A DNA stretch of 64,000 bases from Lachnospiraceae bacterium (GCA_022791635.1 JAAVZL010000037.1:16242-80241); one strand, 5' to 3'; counted from the first letter of the stretch, positions 18,820 through 28,707 are shown. Translations and numbers: made by a program. Notes: generated by a model from the sequence alone, not told the origin.

Positions 18820-19969
18820 GCTGATGGTACTTTATGATGAGGTCGGCTACGGCTTGGGAGGCGTGGCCGGTGTCATAGAAGTTGAGCATTTTGTTGAAGG
18901 CTTTGCATTTTTCCTGGTAGAGGGATTCGTCAAAGACCTCTATCTGGGCGGTGAGCTCCTGGCTTGTGAGGGCCAGGGTGAAGGGGAGGTCTTTTAGGTC
19001 GAAGTAGTAGTCTTTGGTGCGCTTCATTTCTTCGTAGTCTTCGGCGTAGAGGAAGCCGGGTTTTCCTATCATGGGGAAGTCGAAGGCGCAGCCGGAGTAG
19101 TCGCTGATGATGATTTGGGAGGCGACCAGGAGCTCCTGCATGTTTTCGTAGGGGCTGGCGTTGAGGATTTCGCTTGTGTAGGTCAGGGGGTAATCCTGAT
19201 AGCTGACGTTTGGGTGCATGCGGACCAGGACGGCCCAGCTGCCTCCGAAGCGTTTTTTGAGGGAACGGAGGAGGGCTTCGTAGTCCAGGTTGTACATGTC
19301 GGTTTTGCGGCTGTCACGGTAGGTGGGGGCGTAGAGGGCCAGCTTTGTCTCCGGAGTGAGGGAGAAGTGGTCGTGGACTTTTTTTTGGTAGGGGGCGGGA
19401 TCCTCGAAGTAGATGTCGTTTTTGGGGATGCCCTTTTGGAGGATGGGACCGTCGTACCAGAAGGCTTCCCGGTAGGAGTCGTATTCCCACTGGCAGCAGG
19501 CCAGGAGGAGATCCATGTTTTTGGAGTCGATTTTGGCGTAGGCTACGTATTCGGGGGTTAAGGCGGACTCGCAGTCTTTTTCTACTTTTTTCAGGCCCAG
19601 GCCGCCGTGCCAGGTTTGGATGTAGTACTGGCCGGGGCGTTTTTTGAAGTAGTAGAGCTTGCGGGTGTCGTCTACCCAGGTTCCGGCGGTTGCCATGTGG
19701 TAGGCAAAGGCGATGGTGTTGGGGCGGACGGGGAGGATTCCCTTTGGCAGATCATAATCGGAGGCGGATACCCAGTAGAGCTTCCAGGAAAGGTCCCGTC
19801 TTAGGAATTCCTGGGCGATAAATTTGGGGTTGTCCCCGTAGCCGCCGCCGTTAAAGTTGCTGAAGACGATTTTTTCTCTGTCCAGGGGGAAGAGAACGAA
19901 GAGGTTCCAGCAGATCTTCATCATGATGCGGTGGAGGGAAAGATATATGGGAAGGATGAGTTTTTTCAT
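18812..19969 (-). CDS. CDP-glycerol:glycerophosphotransferase family protein (TagB/TagF-like)
   Basis: YGDNPK, QTWHG, GIPKND, LYAPTYRD, RMHP, ISDYSG. Confidence 0.9.
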   Translation of the reverse strand: MKKLILPIYLSLHRIMMKICWNLFVLFPLDREKIVFSNFNGGGYGDNPKFIAQEFLRRDLSWKLYWVSASDYDLPKGILPVRPNTIAFAYHMATAGTWVDDTRKLYYFKKRPGQYYIQTWHGGLGLKKVEKDCESALTPEYVAYAKIDSKNMDLLLACCQWEYDSYREAFWYDGPILQKGIPKNDIYFEDPAPYQKKVHDHFSLTPETKLALYAPTYRDSRKTDMYNLDYEALLRSLKKRFGGSWAVLVRMHPNVSYQDYPLTYTSEILNASPYENMQELLVASQIIISDYSGCAFDFPMIGKPGFLYAEDYEEMKRTKDYYFDLKDLPFTLALTSQELTAQIEVFDESLYQEKCKAFNKMLNFYDTGHASQAVADLIIKYHQRS

Positions 19970-20019
19970 TGAAAATGGATCTCCTTTGTGGGGGTATGAT
20001 GGAACGACGGCTAAGGCTG

Positions 20020-20349
20020 TTATAGCTTGTGCTTGGTACGTTTTGTTCCGGCTTCATGGTAAACTTTATTATCGGCTCTGGCGGAAATGATGATGATTTT
20101 CATTGCAGTATCCTGGTATTCCAGTTTATATACAACGCGAATGCCGTATTTCAAAAATTTTATTTTAAAGAGTCCTGTGAGATTTGTTCCGTCCTTGCTT
20201 CCAAGTGGAGTGCCGTAACCGCCTTCCTCCTTGGAAACAGGATTTTTCCGGACTTTCTTGATGCCCTTGATGACGGGCTGTCTTACGGAATTATCCAGAG
20301 CCTCTAAGTCGGCCTGTACCTCTGGCAGGTATTCAAGCTCCCATGTCAT
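20020..20349 (-). CDS. Type II TA toxin, RelE/ParE family
   Basis: 109 aa; WELEYLPEVQADL, GYGTPL, FKIK, IRVVY, IIISARAD. Confidence 0.85.
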   Translation of the reverse strand: MTWELEYLPEVQADLEALDNSVRQPVIKGIKKVRKNPVSKEEGGYGTPLGSKDGTNLTGLFKIKFLKYGIRVVYKLEYQDTAMKIIIISARADNKVYHEAGTKRTKHKL

Positions 20350-20669
20350 TGTATTTCAAGATCCTCCACTTTCTCCAGATCAGCATCTGTGATTTCAAAA
20401 TGCTTCATGACATCGGCCTCGGGAATGGCTGATTTTCCTTGGTTTGCATCCAGTCTTTTGGTTGCCTCCAGGAGAAGATAATAGTTTTCTTCAATTTCAG
20501 CCAGACGTTTATACTCATCCGGAGCAAGAATGATAGCGGATGGCTGGTTGTTTTTTAAAACAACAAGCTCTGGCTCGGAATGTAAGCGATCAAAAATTCT
20601 GGATGCCTGGCCGCGGTTAAACTGTGTTATGGATATGAGACGTGTTAAAAAATTTGCAGTCAATTCCAT
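20346..20669 (-). CDS. Type II TA antitoxin, Phd/YefM family
   Basis: ISITQFNRGQASRIF, VVLKNNQPSAIIL; 4-bp overlap with the toxin. Confidence 0.85.
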   Translation of the reverse strand: MELTANFLTRLISITQFNRGQASRIFDRLHSEPELVVLKNNQPSAIILAPDEYKRLAEIEENYYLLLEATKRLDANQGKSAIPEADVMKHFEITDADLEKVEDLEIQ

Positions 20670-21074
20670 GAATCAACCCTCCCTTCGTTTCTAACGCTAT
20701 TATATGCAGTTATGAGGGAAAAATCAATAGAGAATCAAAATAGATTGATAAATAGTAATGTAAATTTTAAAACTTTTTAATTGATATTGAAAGTGTTCAT
20801 TGCCAAACGAGGATATTGTTGAATGATTGCGGTTACTGGTTGCAGAGGGAACAGTAACTGATTGCAGGAAGAATTGTGAAGTCTTAAAAATATCCTTTGA
20901 TTTTTGTGGAAAATATGGTATATTCAAGATGTCACCGTTTGATGACATCGGGACAGGAAAGTTTCTGCATCAAATACGCCAAAGGTTTCTGGCGACCATT
21001 CCCAAGAGAAATAAAAATGTTTTTCATAGACATATTTTAGAGGAAGATGAGAAGGAATAAAGAGGAGGACAGGA

Positions 21075-22427
21075 ATGACAAGAGAGCAGTATGAATCTCT
21101 TCCGCTATCCGAGCTTAAGGAGATCGCGAAGGCAAGAGGTCTTAAAAGGACTTCAACCATGAAAAAGGGAGACCTGATCCAGCTGATGCTGGAGAAGGAC
21201 GAGGAGAACAGGCCTCAGAAAAGCGTGGAGAAGGCTCCTGAAAGGCCGGTGGAGAAGCCTGCGGAGCCCGCTAAGGCGGCCCCGGATATGTCTCAGCTTG
21301 ACAGCGGGCAGGTGGCCAACGGAATTCTGGAGGTTTTGGCGGATGGTTATGGATTTATCCGGAGCGCTAATTATCTGCCGGGGGAGAATGATATTTATAT
21401 CAATCCGGCTATGATCCGCCGTTACAATTTAAAGACCGGGGATATTCTCTGCGGTAATGTGAAGGTGCGGGCTCAAACTGAGAAGTTTGCGGCTTTGCTG
21501 TACTTGAAGACGGTGAATGGGTATCGGCCTGAGGAGGCGGCCAGGCGGCGGAGCTTTGAGGATTTGACGCCGATTTTCCCCAATTCCAGAATACATCTGG
21601 AGCGTCCGGGGGGGAGTATGGCGATGCGGATTATGGATCTGATTTCGCCGATTGGCAAAGGACAGAGGGGAATGATTGTGTCTCCGCCTAAAGCAGGTAA
21701 GACAACGCTTCTCAAGGATGTGGCAAAGTCTATTACCAAGAATCATCCGGAGATGCAGCTTTTGATTCTTCTGATCGACGAGCGGCCGGAGGAGGTTACG
21801 GATATCCGGGAGGCCATTGCAGGACCTAATGTGGAGGTGATTTACTCTACCTTTGACGAGCTTCCCGAGCATCATAAGCGGGTGTCGGAGATGGTGATTG
21901 AGCGGGCGAAGCGTCTGGTGGAGCACCGGAAGGATGTGGTGATTCTGCTGGACAGCATCACAAGGCTGGCGCGGGCCTATAATCTGACGGTTCCTCCCAG
22001 TGGGCGTACACTGTCAGGCGGTCTTGATCCGGCGGCGCTTCATATGCCTAAGCGGTTTTTTGGCGCGGCCAGGAATATGCGGGAGGGCGGAAGTCTGACG
22101 ATTCTTGCTACGGCTTTGGTGGAGACTGGGAGCAAGATGGACGATGTGATCTATGAGGAGTTTAAGGGAACCGGAAATATGGAGCTGGTGCTGAACCGGA
22201 AGCTCCAGGAGAAGCGGGTGTTCCCTGCGGTGGATATTCCAAAGTCCAGCACCAGGCGGGAGGATTTGCTTCTCACGGAGGACGAGCTGGAGGCTATCGA
22301 TACGGTGCGTAAGGGGCTTAATGGTCTGAAGGCGGACGAGGCGGTGGAGAATATTCTCAATTTATTTGCACGTACCAGGTATAATGGGGAGTTTGTGCAG
22401 ATGGCGAAGAAGACGAAATTTGTATAG
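21075..22427 (+). CDS. rho: Transcription termination factor Rho
   Basis: [50 protein letters not shown]. Confidence 0.98.
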   Translation: MTREQYESLPLSELKEIAKARGLKRTSTMKKGDLIQLMLEKDEENRPQKSVEKAPERPVEKPAEPAKAAPDMSQLDSGQVANGILEVLADGYGFIRSANYLPGENDIYINPAMIRRYNLKTGDILCGNVKVRAQTEKFAALLYLKTVNGYRPEEAARRRSFEDLTPIFPNSRIHLERPGGSMAMRIMDLISPIGKGQRGMIVSPPKAGKTTLLKDVAKSITKNHPEMQLLILLIDERPEEVTDIREAIAGPNVEVIYSTFDELPEHHKRVSEMVIERAKRLVEHRKDVVILLDSITRLARAYNLTVPPSGRTLSGGLDPAALHMPKRFFGAARNMREGGSLTILATALVETGSKMDDVIYEEFKGTGNMELVLNRKLQEKRVFPAVDIPKSSTRREDLLLTEDELEAIDTVRKGLNGLKADEAVENILNLFARTRYNGEFVQMAKKTKFV

Positions 22428-22437
22428 GTGGAAGGTA

Positions 22438-22487
22438 AGAGTTCAGCCAGGATGCGGCGAAATCCGCCCTCTGGCTGAACTCTTTTT
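22438..22487 (+). terminator. Intrinsic terminator after rho
   Basis: AGAGTTCAGCCAG/CTGGCTGAACTCT stem followed by a T-run. Confidence 0.8.
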
Positions 22488-22540
22488 ATGCACAGGGGCG
22501 TGTAAGGAAATTAGCAGTTTTGCTGTACGTGCCCCGCGCG
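22483..22540 (+). repeat. Element family 4 (TTTTTATGCAC-GGGCG hairpin after terminators)
   Basis: Similar to 38771-38831 and 42599-42645. Confidence 0.65.
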
Positions 22541-22658
22541 GCGAGGAGGGGAAGATGGTTCCTGCCTACTCGATTTGAGAGAGTGAGTTTTTGAATTCAA
22601 CAGAACAAAATCACCGGAATAGTATAACTATAAATAGTATGCTTCCGGTGATTTTTTT

Positions 22659-23213
22659 ATGCTTTCTTTGGCTTTTGAGATTTTGATTTTGGTGACGGCT
22701 TTGTCTGTAGATGCGTTTGCTGCTGGATTTGTGTATGGCGTAAGCAGGATAAGGGTTCCGCTGAGCTCTGTGGCGGTTGTGACGGGGATTTCCAGTCTGC
22801 TGCTGGTGATTTCTCTTTTGGCAGGGACGGCCTTGAGCAGTTTGATTCCGGAGAGTATGACGCGGTATTTTAGTTTTTTGTTGCTATCTGTACTGGGTAT
22901 TGTAAAATTATTTGATCGCTCCGGTCATGAGGAGATTCAGGAGGCTAATAGGAATCGGGATGATTTGGTGTCTCCGGGGGAGGCTTTGACGCTGGGGGTT
23001 GCTCTCTCTATCGACAGCCTGGCGGCAGGAATCGGGGCGGGAATTTCGATGGCCGGGATTCCTGCTGCCTTTGGGGCTTCTTTTTTGGTGGGAGCGCTGG
23101 CTCTGCTTTTGGGGTTATGGCTTGGAGGACTCATATCGTCCCATTGTCGATCGAATCTTTGCTGGGTGAGCGGGGTACTCCTTATCCTCCTGGCTGTTAT
23201 GAAGCTTTTGTAG
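22659..23213 (+). CDS. MntP/YtaF family membrane protein (YtaF-like)
   Basis: Duplicated ALSVDAFA and ALSIDSLA motifs; multiple TM helices. Confidence 0.82.
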   Translation: MLSLAFEILILVTALSVDAFAAGFVYGVSRIRVPLSSVAVVTGISSLLLVISLLAGTALSSLIPESMTRYFSFLLLSVLGIVKLFDRSGHEEIQEANRNRDDLVSPGEALTLGVALSIDSLAAGIGAGISMAGIPAAFGASFLVGALALLLGLWLGGLISSHCRSNLCWVSGVLLILLAVMKLL

Positions 23214-25760
23214 GATACGGGCGGGATTTAGAAGCAATAGCTCGTGAGCCATGAGGGGCATGGCGGATAGGAGAATCAGGTGCAGCCATTCTCCCATTTC
23301 CAGGTGGCAGGTGCCGAAGGCCTGGATAAAATAGGGGAATTCTGTTACCAGGCCCTGAAGGCTGAAGCCAATTACAAAGGCGGCCAGCATCAGGCGGTTG
23401 TTTAGGTGATTCATTCGGAGCAGAGAGGTTTCTACATCCCGCATGCCTATGGCATGGAAGAGCTGGGAGATCCCGAGAACCGTAAAGGCGTAGGTCTGGG
23501 ATCTGGCCAGAAGCTCCGGGGAGGCCAGGAAGAGGCGCAGGTTTTCTAAGCTTACGGGAGCCCCTTTGGCCATCAGCAGGGAGATGGGGAGCTGTAAAAA
23601 GGCCGCCATGCTGATAAAGGCTATGAGGAAGCCGTATAGCAGGGTGCAGCTTAAGCCTCCGCCTGCAAAGAGGCTTTCGTTTCGTGAGCGGGGAGGCCGG
23701 TTCATAAAGTGGCGGGGATCTCCGGGATCCACGCCTAAGGCCAGGGCGGGGAGGGAGTCCGTAATCAGGTTAATCCACAGAATATGGCTGGGCTTTAAGG
23801 GAGAGCCAAGACCCAGCAAAATGGCGGTGAGCATGGTAATGATTTCTCCGAAGTTGGAGGAGAGCAGGAAGAGCACCGCCTTCTTGATGTTCTCGTAAAT
23901 GCCTCTTCCCTCTGCGATGGCCTTGGCTATGGTGGCAAAATTGTCATCTACCAAAATGAGATCTGCCGCATTTTTCGCCACATCCGTTCCGGTGATTCCC
24001 ATGGCAACGCCCACGTCGGCGGCCTTCAGGGAGGGAGCGTCGTTGACGCCGTCACCGGTCATGGCCACGATTTTTTCCGAAGCCTTTAGGGCCTTTACAA
24101 TGCGGACCTTGTGCTCTGGGGAGACCATGGCGAAGACGGTGAGCTTCTGAACGGCCCGGGAAAATTCGGCGTCGGACAGCTCGTCGATCTGAGATCCCGT
24201 CATGCAGTCCTCGGGCTTTTCTGCAATTCCGAGCTCATGTGCAATGGCAAAGGCGGTGTCCTTTCGATCACCGGTGATCATCACTGTCTTGACTCCGGCC
24301 CGGCGAAAATCCCGGACAGCCTTGGCGGCCTCGGGACGGATGGGATCCATCATGCCTGCGATTCCCACAAAGGTGAGGCCCTTTTCCGTTATCCGGTCGG
24401 CTCCGGTCTTCATGGCGAGAGCCAGAAGCCGTAGGGCACGTTCGGAGAGGGAGTTCATGGCGGCGGTGATCTCTCGGCGTCTTCTGCCGTCCAGAGGCAC
24501 AATCTGTCCGTGAAGGAGCAGGGTGTCGCAGCGCTTCAGGACTTCATCCGGGGAGCCCTTGGTGTAGGAAAGGGTGGAGCTGCCGTTTCGGTGGAGGGTG
24601 GTCATCATTTTCCGCTCCGAATCAAAGGCCAGCTCCTGAATGCGGGGGAGCTTCTGTTCCAGAAGGGGGCGCTCCAGATAAAAGCGGCGGGCCAGGTCAA
24701 GAAGGGCCAGCTCTGTGGGATCTCCCAGACGGTTGTCCGAGGTGAGGACAGCGTCGTTGCACAGTGCGAAGCCCTCCAGAAAGTGACGGTTCTTATCCGG
24801 GGGGAGGGCGGCGGCATCCAGGATTTTGCCGTCCGTATAGCAGGCAGTGACGGTCATTTTATTCTGGGTGAGAGTGCCTGTCTTATCAGAGCAGACCACA
24901 CTGACGCAGCCTAAGGTCTCTACGCTTGGCAGACGTTTCACAATGGTATTGACCTTGACCATACGGGAGACGCTTAGGGCCAGCACCATGGTCACGATGG
25001 CGGGAAGTCCTTCGGGAACGGCGGCTACCGCAAGGGAGATGGCGGTAATCAGCATTTCTATGATATCTCTTTTTTGCAGAACGGCAATGAAAAAGAGCAG
25101 GGCGCACAGGAAAAGGGACAGGATGCTTAGGACCTTTCCCAGATCGGCCAAACGCCTCTGAAGGGGGGTGGTTTCTGTGGGCGCCTCATTTATCAGCCGT
25201 GCAATGCGGCCGATCTCCGTGTCCATGCCGATGGCGGTGACGATTCCTTCGCCCCGGCCGTAGGTGACATTGGTGGACATGTAGGCCAGGTTGTTTTTTA
25301 CCAGATCTTTTTCCACTGGGAGAGATTCTCCTGTCAGGGCGGCCTCCTCGATTTTCAGGCTGTTTACGGACACAAGCTTCAGATCCGCAGGAACCTGACG
25401 GCCGGCGTCCAGGCAGACGGTATCCCCGGGAAGGAGATCCCGGGCGGGAATTTCCTTTAAGACTCCGTTTTGCCGCACCAGAGCGGTGGGGCTGGTCATC
25501 TGCTTTAAGGCTTCCAGGGCCTTCTGGGCCTTTCCCTCCTGGATAACCCCTACAATGGAGTTTACCAGAATTACGGCCAGGATGATGGCCGTGTCGCTGA
25601 CCTCACCCAGCAGCATGGAAATGGCGGCAGCGATAAAAAGAATAAAGATCAGCGGATCATTGAGCTGTTCCAAAAAGGATTCTGCCAGGGTTTTGTGATG
25701 AGCGTCCTCCAGGACATTTTGTCCCCGGACCTTGCCCGGAGAGGCTGTGGGCTGTTTCAT
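23115..25760 (-). CDS. Cation-transporting P-type ATPase (type IIA, Ca2+-like)
   Basis: LTGES, VPEGL, CSDKTGTLT, KGSPD, TGD, TGDGVNDAPSLK, WINLITD. Confidence 0.93.
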   Translation of the reverse strand: MKQPTASPGKVRGQNVLEDAHHKTLAESFLEQLNDPLIFILFIAAAISMLLGEVSDTAIILAVILVNSIVGVIQEGKAQKALEALKQMTSPTALVRQNGVLKEIPARDLLPGDTVCLDAGRQVPADLKLVSVNSLKIEEAALTGESLPVEKDLVKNNLAYMSTNVTYGRGEGIVTAIGMDTEIGRIARLINEAPTETTPLQRRLADLGKVLSILSLFLCALLFFIAVLQKRDIIEMLITAISLAVAAVPEGLPAIVTMVLALSVSRMVKVNTIVKRLPSVETLGCVSVVCSDKTGTLTQNKMTVTACYTDGKILDAAALPPDKNRHFLEGFALCNDAVLTSDNRLGDPTELALLDLARRFYLERPLLEQKLPRIQELAFDSERKMMTTLHRNGSSTLSYTKGSPDEVLKRCDTLLLHGQIVPLDGRRRREITAAMNSLSERALRLLALAMKTGADRITEKGLTFVGIAGMMDPIRPEAAKAVRDFRRAGVKTVMITGDRKDTAFAIAHELGIAEKPEDCMTGSQIDELSDAEFSRAVQKLTVFAMVSPEHKVRIVKALKASEKIVAMTGDGVNDAPSLKAADVGVAMGITGTDVAKNAADLILVDDNFATIAKAIAEGRGIYENIKKAVLFLLSSNFGEIITMLTAILLGLGSPLKPSHILWINLITDSLPALALGVDPGDPRHFMNRPPRSRNESLFAGGGLSCTLLYGFLIAFISMAAFLQLPISLLMAKGAPVSLENLRLFLASPELLARSQTYAFTVLGISQLFHAIGMRDVETSLLRMNHLNNRLMLAAFVIGFSLQGLVTEFPYFIQAFGTCHLEMGEWLHLILLSAMPLMAHELLLLNPARILQKLHNSQEDKEYPAHPAKIRSTMGRYESSKP

Positions 25761-25841
25761 ATGCAATCCGTCCCTTCTTAATACTTGTACAAATATGAAT
25801 GATCACCTGCAACCATTTCGCTGACGGAATGGTTACATCAA

Positions 25842-25870
25842 AGCATATGAAAAAGAGGACAAAGTTATGC
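25842..25870 (-). promoter_or_regulatory. Possible sporulation sigma-E/K-type promoter for the P-type ATPase
   Basis: Minus strand GCATAA-N15-CATATGCT resembles the SigE consensus. Confidence 0.4.
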
Positions 25871-25903
25871 TACGGGGCTGTGCTATTTTGCGACAGCCCC
25901 GTA
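25871..25903. other. GC-rich hairpin between divergent promoters
   Basis: TACGGGGCTGT/ACAGCCCCGTA. Confidence 0.6.
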
Positions 25904-25969
25904 AACAATCTACAATCCACAAGAAACCACAGAAATCGTGGAAATGAATAAAAAAATAAAATTATAGTA

Positions 25970-25998
25970 TTGACATATAGTCAAATTAGTGAGATAAT
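25970..25998 (+). promoter_or_regulatory. Sigma-A promoter of the polyol/sugar operon
   Basis: TTGACA-17bp-GATAAT with TG extension. Confidence 0.75.
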
Positions 25999-26005
25999 AA
26001 AACAC

Positions 26006-26030
26006 ACTTAATAAGTTAGATTTAAAAATA
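26006..26030. promoter_or_regulatory. Putative ROK/XylR-type operator
   Basis: ACTTAATAAG-N5-TTTAAAAATA, 25 bp, just downstream of the -10; resembles clostridial XylR sites; ROK repressor gene at 33570. Confidence 0.55.
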
Positions 26031-26069
26031 TATTTAAAAAATCATTAAAAAAGAAAGCGGGAGGATACC

Positions 26070-27116
26070 ATGGAGGGGAAAATGAAAACAGCCGTGATGC
26101 TCGGCATTGGCAAAATGGGCTTTGAGGAGAGACCGATTCCGGCGCCTAAGGAGGACGAGGTTCTGGTGAAGCTGGAATATGTGGGAATCTGCGGCTCGGA
26201 TCTTCATTACTATGAGAACGGAAGAATCGGAAATTATATCGTGGAGCCGCCCTTTGTGCTGGGTCACGAGTCCGGCGGCACTGTAGTTGAGGTAGGAAAG
26301 AATGTGACCCATCTGAAGGTGGGCGACCGGGTAGCTCTGGAGCCGGGCAAGACCTGCGGACACTGTGAATTCTGCCGGACAGGGCGCTATAACCTTTGCC
26401 CGGATGTGGTATTTTTCGCCACGCCTCCTGTGGACGGCGTATTCCAGGAATATGTAGCCCACGAGGCAGGCCTTTGCTTTAAGCTTCCGGAGAATGTAAG
26501 CACCCTGGAGGGAGCCCTGATTGAGCCCCTGGCCGTAGGCTTCCACGCAGCACAGCAGGGCGGCGCCCATCTGGGACAGACGGCTGTGGTGACAGGATCC
26601 GGCTGTATCGGCCTGGTATCGCTGCTGGCCCTTAAGGCTCTTGGCGTATCCACCGTTTATGTGGTGGATATTATGCAGAAGCGTCTCGATAAGGCCATGG
26701 AGCTGGGAGCAACGGGAGTCATCAACGGAAGGGATGTCAATGCCGTAGAGAAGGTTATGGAGCTTACCGGCGGGAGAGGCTGCGATCTGGTGATCGAGAC
26801 CTCCGGAACGGAAATCTGTGCCCGCCAGGGAATCGAAATGCTGGTAAAGGGCGGAACCCTGGTACAGGTTGGCTACAGCGCTTCCGGAGATATGAATCTT
26901 CCTGTGGGAGGATTGCTCCTCGATAAGGAGATCACCATTAAGTCCGTATTCCGCTACCGCCATATTTATCCGCTGGCCATTCAGGCAGTTGCGGACGGCA
27001 AGGTGAACCTGAAGGGAATCGTAACCGATACCTTTGAGCTGGATGATATTCAGAATGCAATGGACAGCAGCGTACATAATAAAGCGGACATTGTGAAGGC
27101 TGTCGTGAAGATTTGA
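26070..27116 (+). CDS. Zn-dependent polyol dehydrogenase (sorbitol/xylitol/L-iditol 2-dehydrogenase family)
   Basis: GICGSDLH, GHE, CGHCEFC..C, FFATPPVDG, IEPLAVG, FRY. Confidence 0.9.
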   Translation: MEGKMKTAVMLGIGKMGFEERPIPAPKEDEVLVKLEYVGICGSDLHYYENGRIGNYIVEPPFVLGHESGGTVVEVGKNVTHLKVGDRVALEPGKTCGHCEFCRTGRYNLCPDVVFFATPPVDGVFQEYVAHEAGLCFKLPENVSTLEGALIEPLAVGFHAAQQGGAHLGQTAVVTGSGCIGLVSLLALKALGVSTVYVVDIMQKRLDKAMELGATGVINGRDVNAVEKVMELTGGRGCDLVIETSGTEICARQGIEMLVKGGTLVQVGYSASGDMNLPVGGLLLDKEITIKSVFRYRHIYPLAIQAVADGKVNLKGIVTDTFELDDIQNAMDSSVHNKADIVKAVVKI

Positions 27117-27191
27117 GACTGAGGTAAAAAGCCTGTAAGATGTTTGGGTGTTTGAACGCCTGCAGGCTTTGGCCCAAGGGAGGTGCAGTAT

Positions 27192-28688
27192 ATGGAAAAG
27201 GACCAGGTTGTACTCGAGCTGCAACATATTTCCAAATCCTTTCCCGGTGTAAAGGCATTGGACGATGTGAACTTTCAGTTGAAAAAGGGAACCGTTCATG
27301 TTCTGTGCGGGGAAAACGGAGCCGGAAAGTCCACACTGATGAAGATTATAGACGGGGTCTATCAGGCGGACGAGGGAGAGCTGTTCATCAACGGACAGAA
27401 AACCGTGATCAAGGATCCGCTTCATGCCAAGGAAAACGGGATTGCCATGATTTTTCAGGAGCTGTCCTATGTGCCGGATATGACCCTGGAGGAGAATCTC
27501 TGTCTGGGCAACTGGCCCAAAAAGGGAGCGCGGATTGACTGGAAGTCCATCCGGAAGCGGACGATGGAGCTTCTGGAGCAGGAGGGCTTGCATTATGAGC
27601 CCGATGTGAAGCTTCGCAGTCTCAGTGTTTCGGATATTCAGATGATAGAGATTTTAAAGGCCGTCTCCTATGATGCGAAAATCATCATTATGGATGAGCC
27701 CACCTCTGCCATTACGAATAAGGAGGTAGAGATCCTCTTTAAAAAGATCGCAGAGCTGAAGAGCCGGGGCGCAAGCATTATCTACATATCCCACAAGATG
27801 GATGAGATCTTCCGGATTGCCGATGAGATTACTATTTTCCGGGACGGAAAGTCTATCATCACCAAGGATGCCAGGGACCTGACAGTGGATCAGGTGGTGG
27901 AGCACATGGTGGGACGGAAGATTGACAATCAGTATCCCAAGGAAGAGATTCCCATCGGGGAAGAGATTCTGCGGGTGGAAGGGCTCACCCAGCCGGGCGT
28001 TTTTGAGAACGTGAACTTCTATGTGAATTCCGGGGAGATTATCGGCTTTGCAGGACTGATGGGAGCCGGGCGTACGGAAATTATGCGCGCCATCTTTGGC
28101 CTGGATCCCTACGAATCCGGCACCATCCGGATAGAGGGGAAGGAAGTGCAGAATAAGAATGTCCGGCAGAGCATCAAAAACGGCCTGGCAATGCTCACGG
28201 AGGACCGGCGCCGGACAGGAATCGTCCCCATTCTCAGTGTAAAATTCAATACCACCCTGGCCACCTTAGACAAGGTGATCTATCGGGGAAAGCTTCATGC
28301 AGGAGAGGAAAACAGCATTGTGAAGGATGCCTGCGAGAGTATGAATGTGAAAACGCCGAATTTGGAAGCGGCAATCGGAAACTTAAGCGGCGGAAATCAG
28401 CAGAAGGTGGTTCTGGCAAAATGGCTGATTTGCGATCCCAAGGTGCTGATTGCAGATGAACCCACCCGCGGAATTGATGTGGGAGCAAAGCGTGAGATCT
28501 ATGAGCTTATGAGCAAATTTGCGGCAAAGGGAAAGGGGATCATCATGATTTCCTCGGAGCTTCCGGAGCTGATTGGAATTTGTGACCGGATTTACGTGGT
28601 AAGCGAGGGACGGATTGCGGGAATGCTGTCTCGATCTGAGTTTTCACAGGAATCCATTATGCAGTTTGCCGTTTCAAACGTTCAATAA
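27192..28688 (+). CDS. Monosaccharide ABC transporter ATP-binding protein (RbsA/MglA type)
   Basis: GENGAGKST, MDEPT, LSGGNQQKV, DEPTRGIDVGAK. Confidence 0.95.
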   Translation: MEKDQVVLELQHISKSFPGVKALDDVNFQLKKGTVHVLCGENGAGKSTLMKIIDGVYQADEGELFINGQKTVIKDPLHAKENGIAMIFQELSYVPDMTLEENLCLGNWPKKGARIDWKSIRKRTMELLEQEGLHYEPDVKLRSLSVSDIQMIEILKAVSYDAKIIIMDEPTSAITNKEVEILFKKIAELKSRGASIIYISHKMDEIFRIADEITIFRDGKSIITKDARDLTVDQVVEHMVGRKIDNQYPKEEIPIGEEILRVEGLTQPGVFENVNFYVNSGEIIGFAGLMGAGRTEIMRAIFGLDPYESGTIRIEGKEVQNKNVRQSIKNGLAMLTEDRRRTGIVPILSVKFNTTLATLDKVIYRGKLHAGEENSIVKDACESMNVKTPNLEAAIGNLSGGNQQKVVLAKWLICDPKVLIADEPTRGIDVGAKREIYELMSKFAAKGKGIIMISSELPELIGICDRIYVVSEGRIAGMLSRSEFSQESIMQFAVSNVQ

Positions 28689-28707
28689 AGAAGGGGTGGA
28701 ATTTAAT

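Noticed and set aside
25767-25860. yybP-ykoY Mn riboswitch before the P-type ATPase or the MntP-family gene
   Set aside because: The conserved GGGGAGUAG-type core was not found in either leader.
26034-27593. Long minus-strand ORFs (519 aa here; also 7016-7909, 15730-16782, 16987-18797, 33720-34709, 37729-38640, 56746-57714)
   Set aside because: Antisense shadows of well-supported + strand genes with no recognisable motifs.
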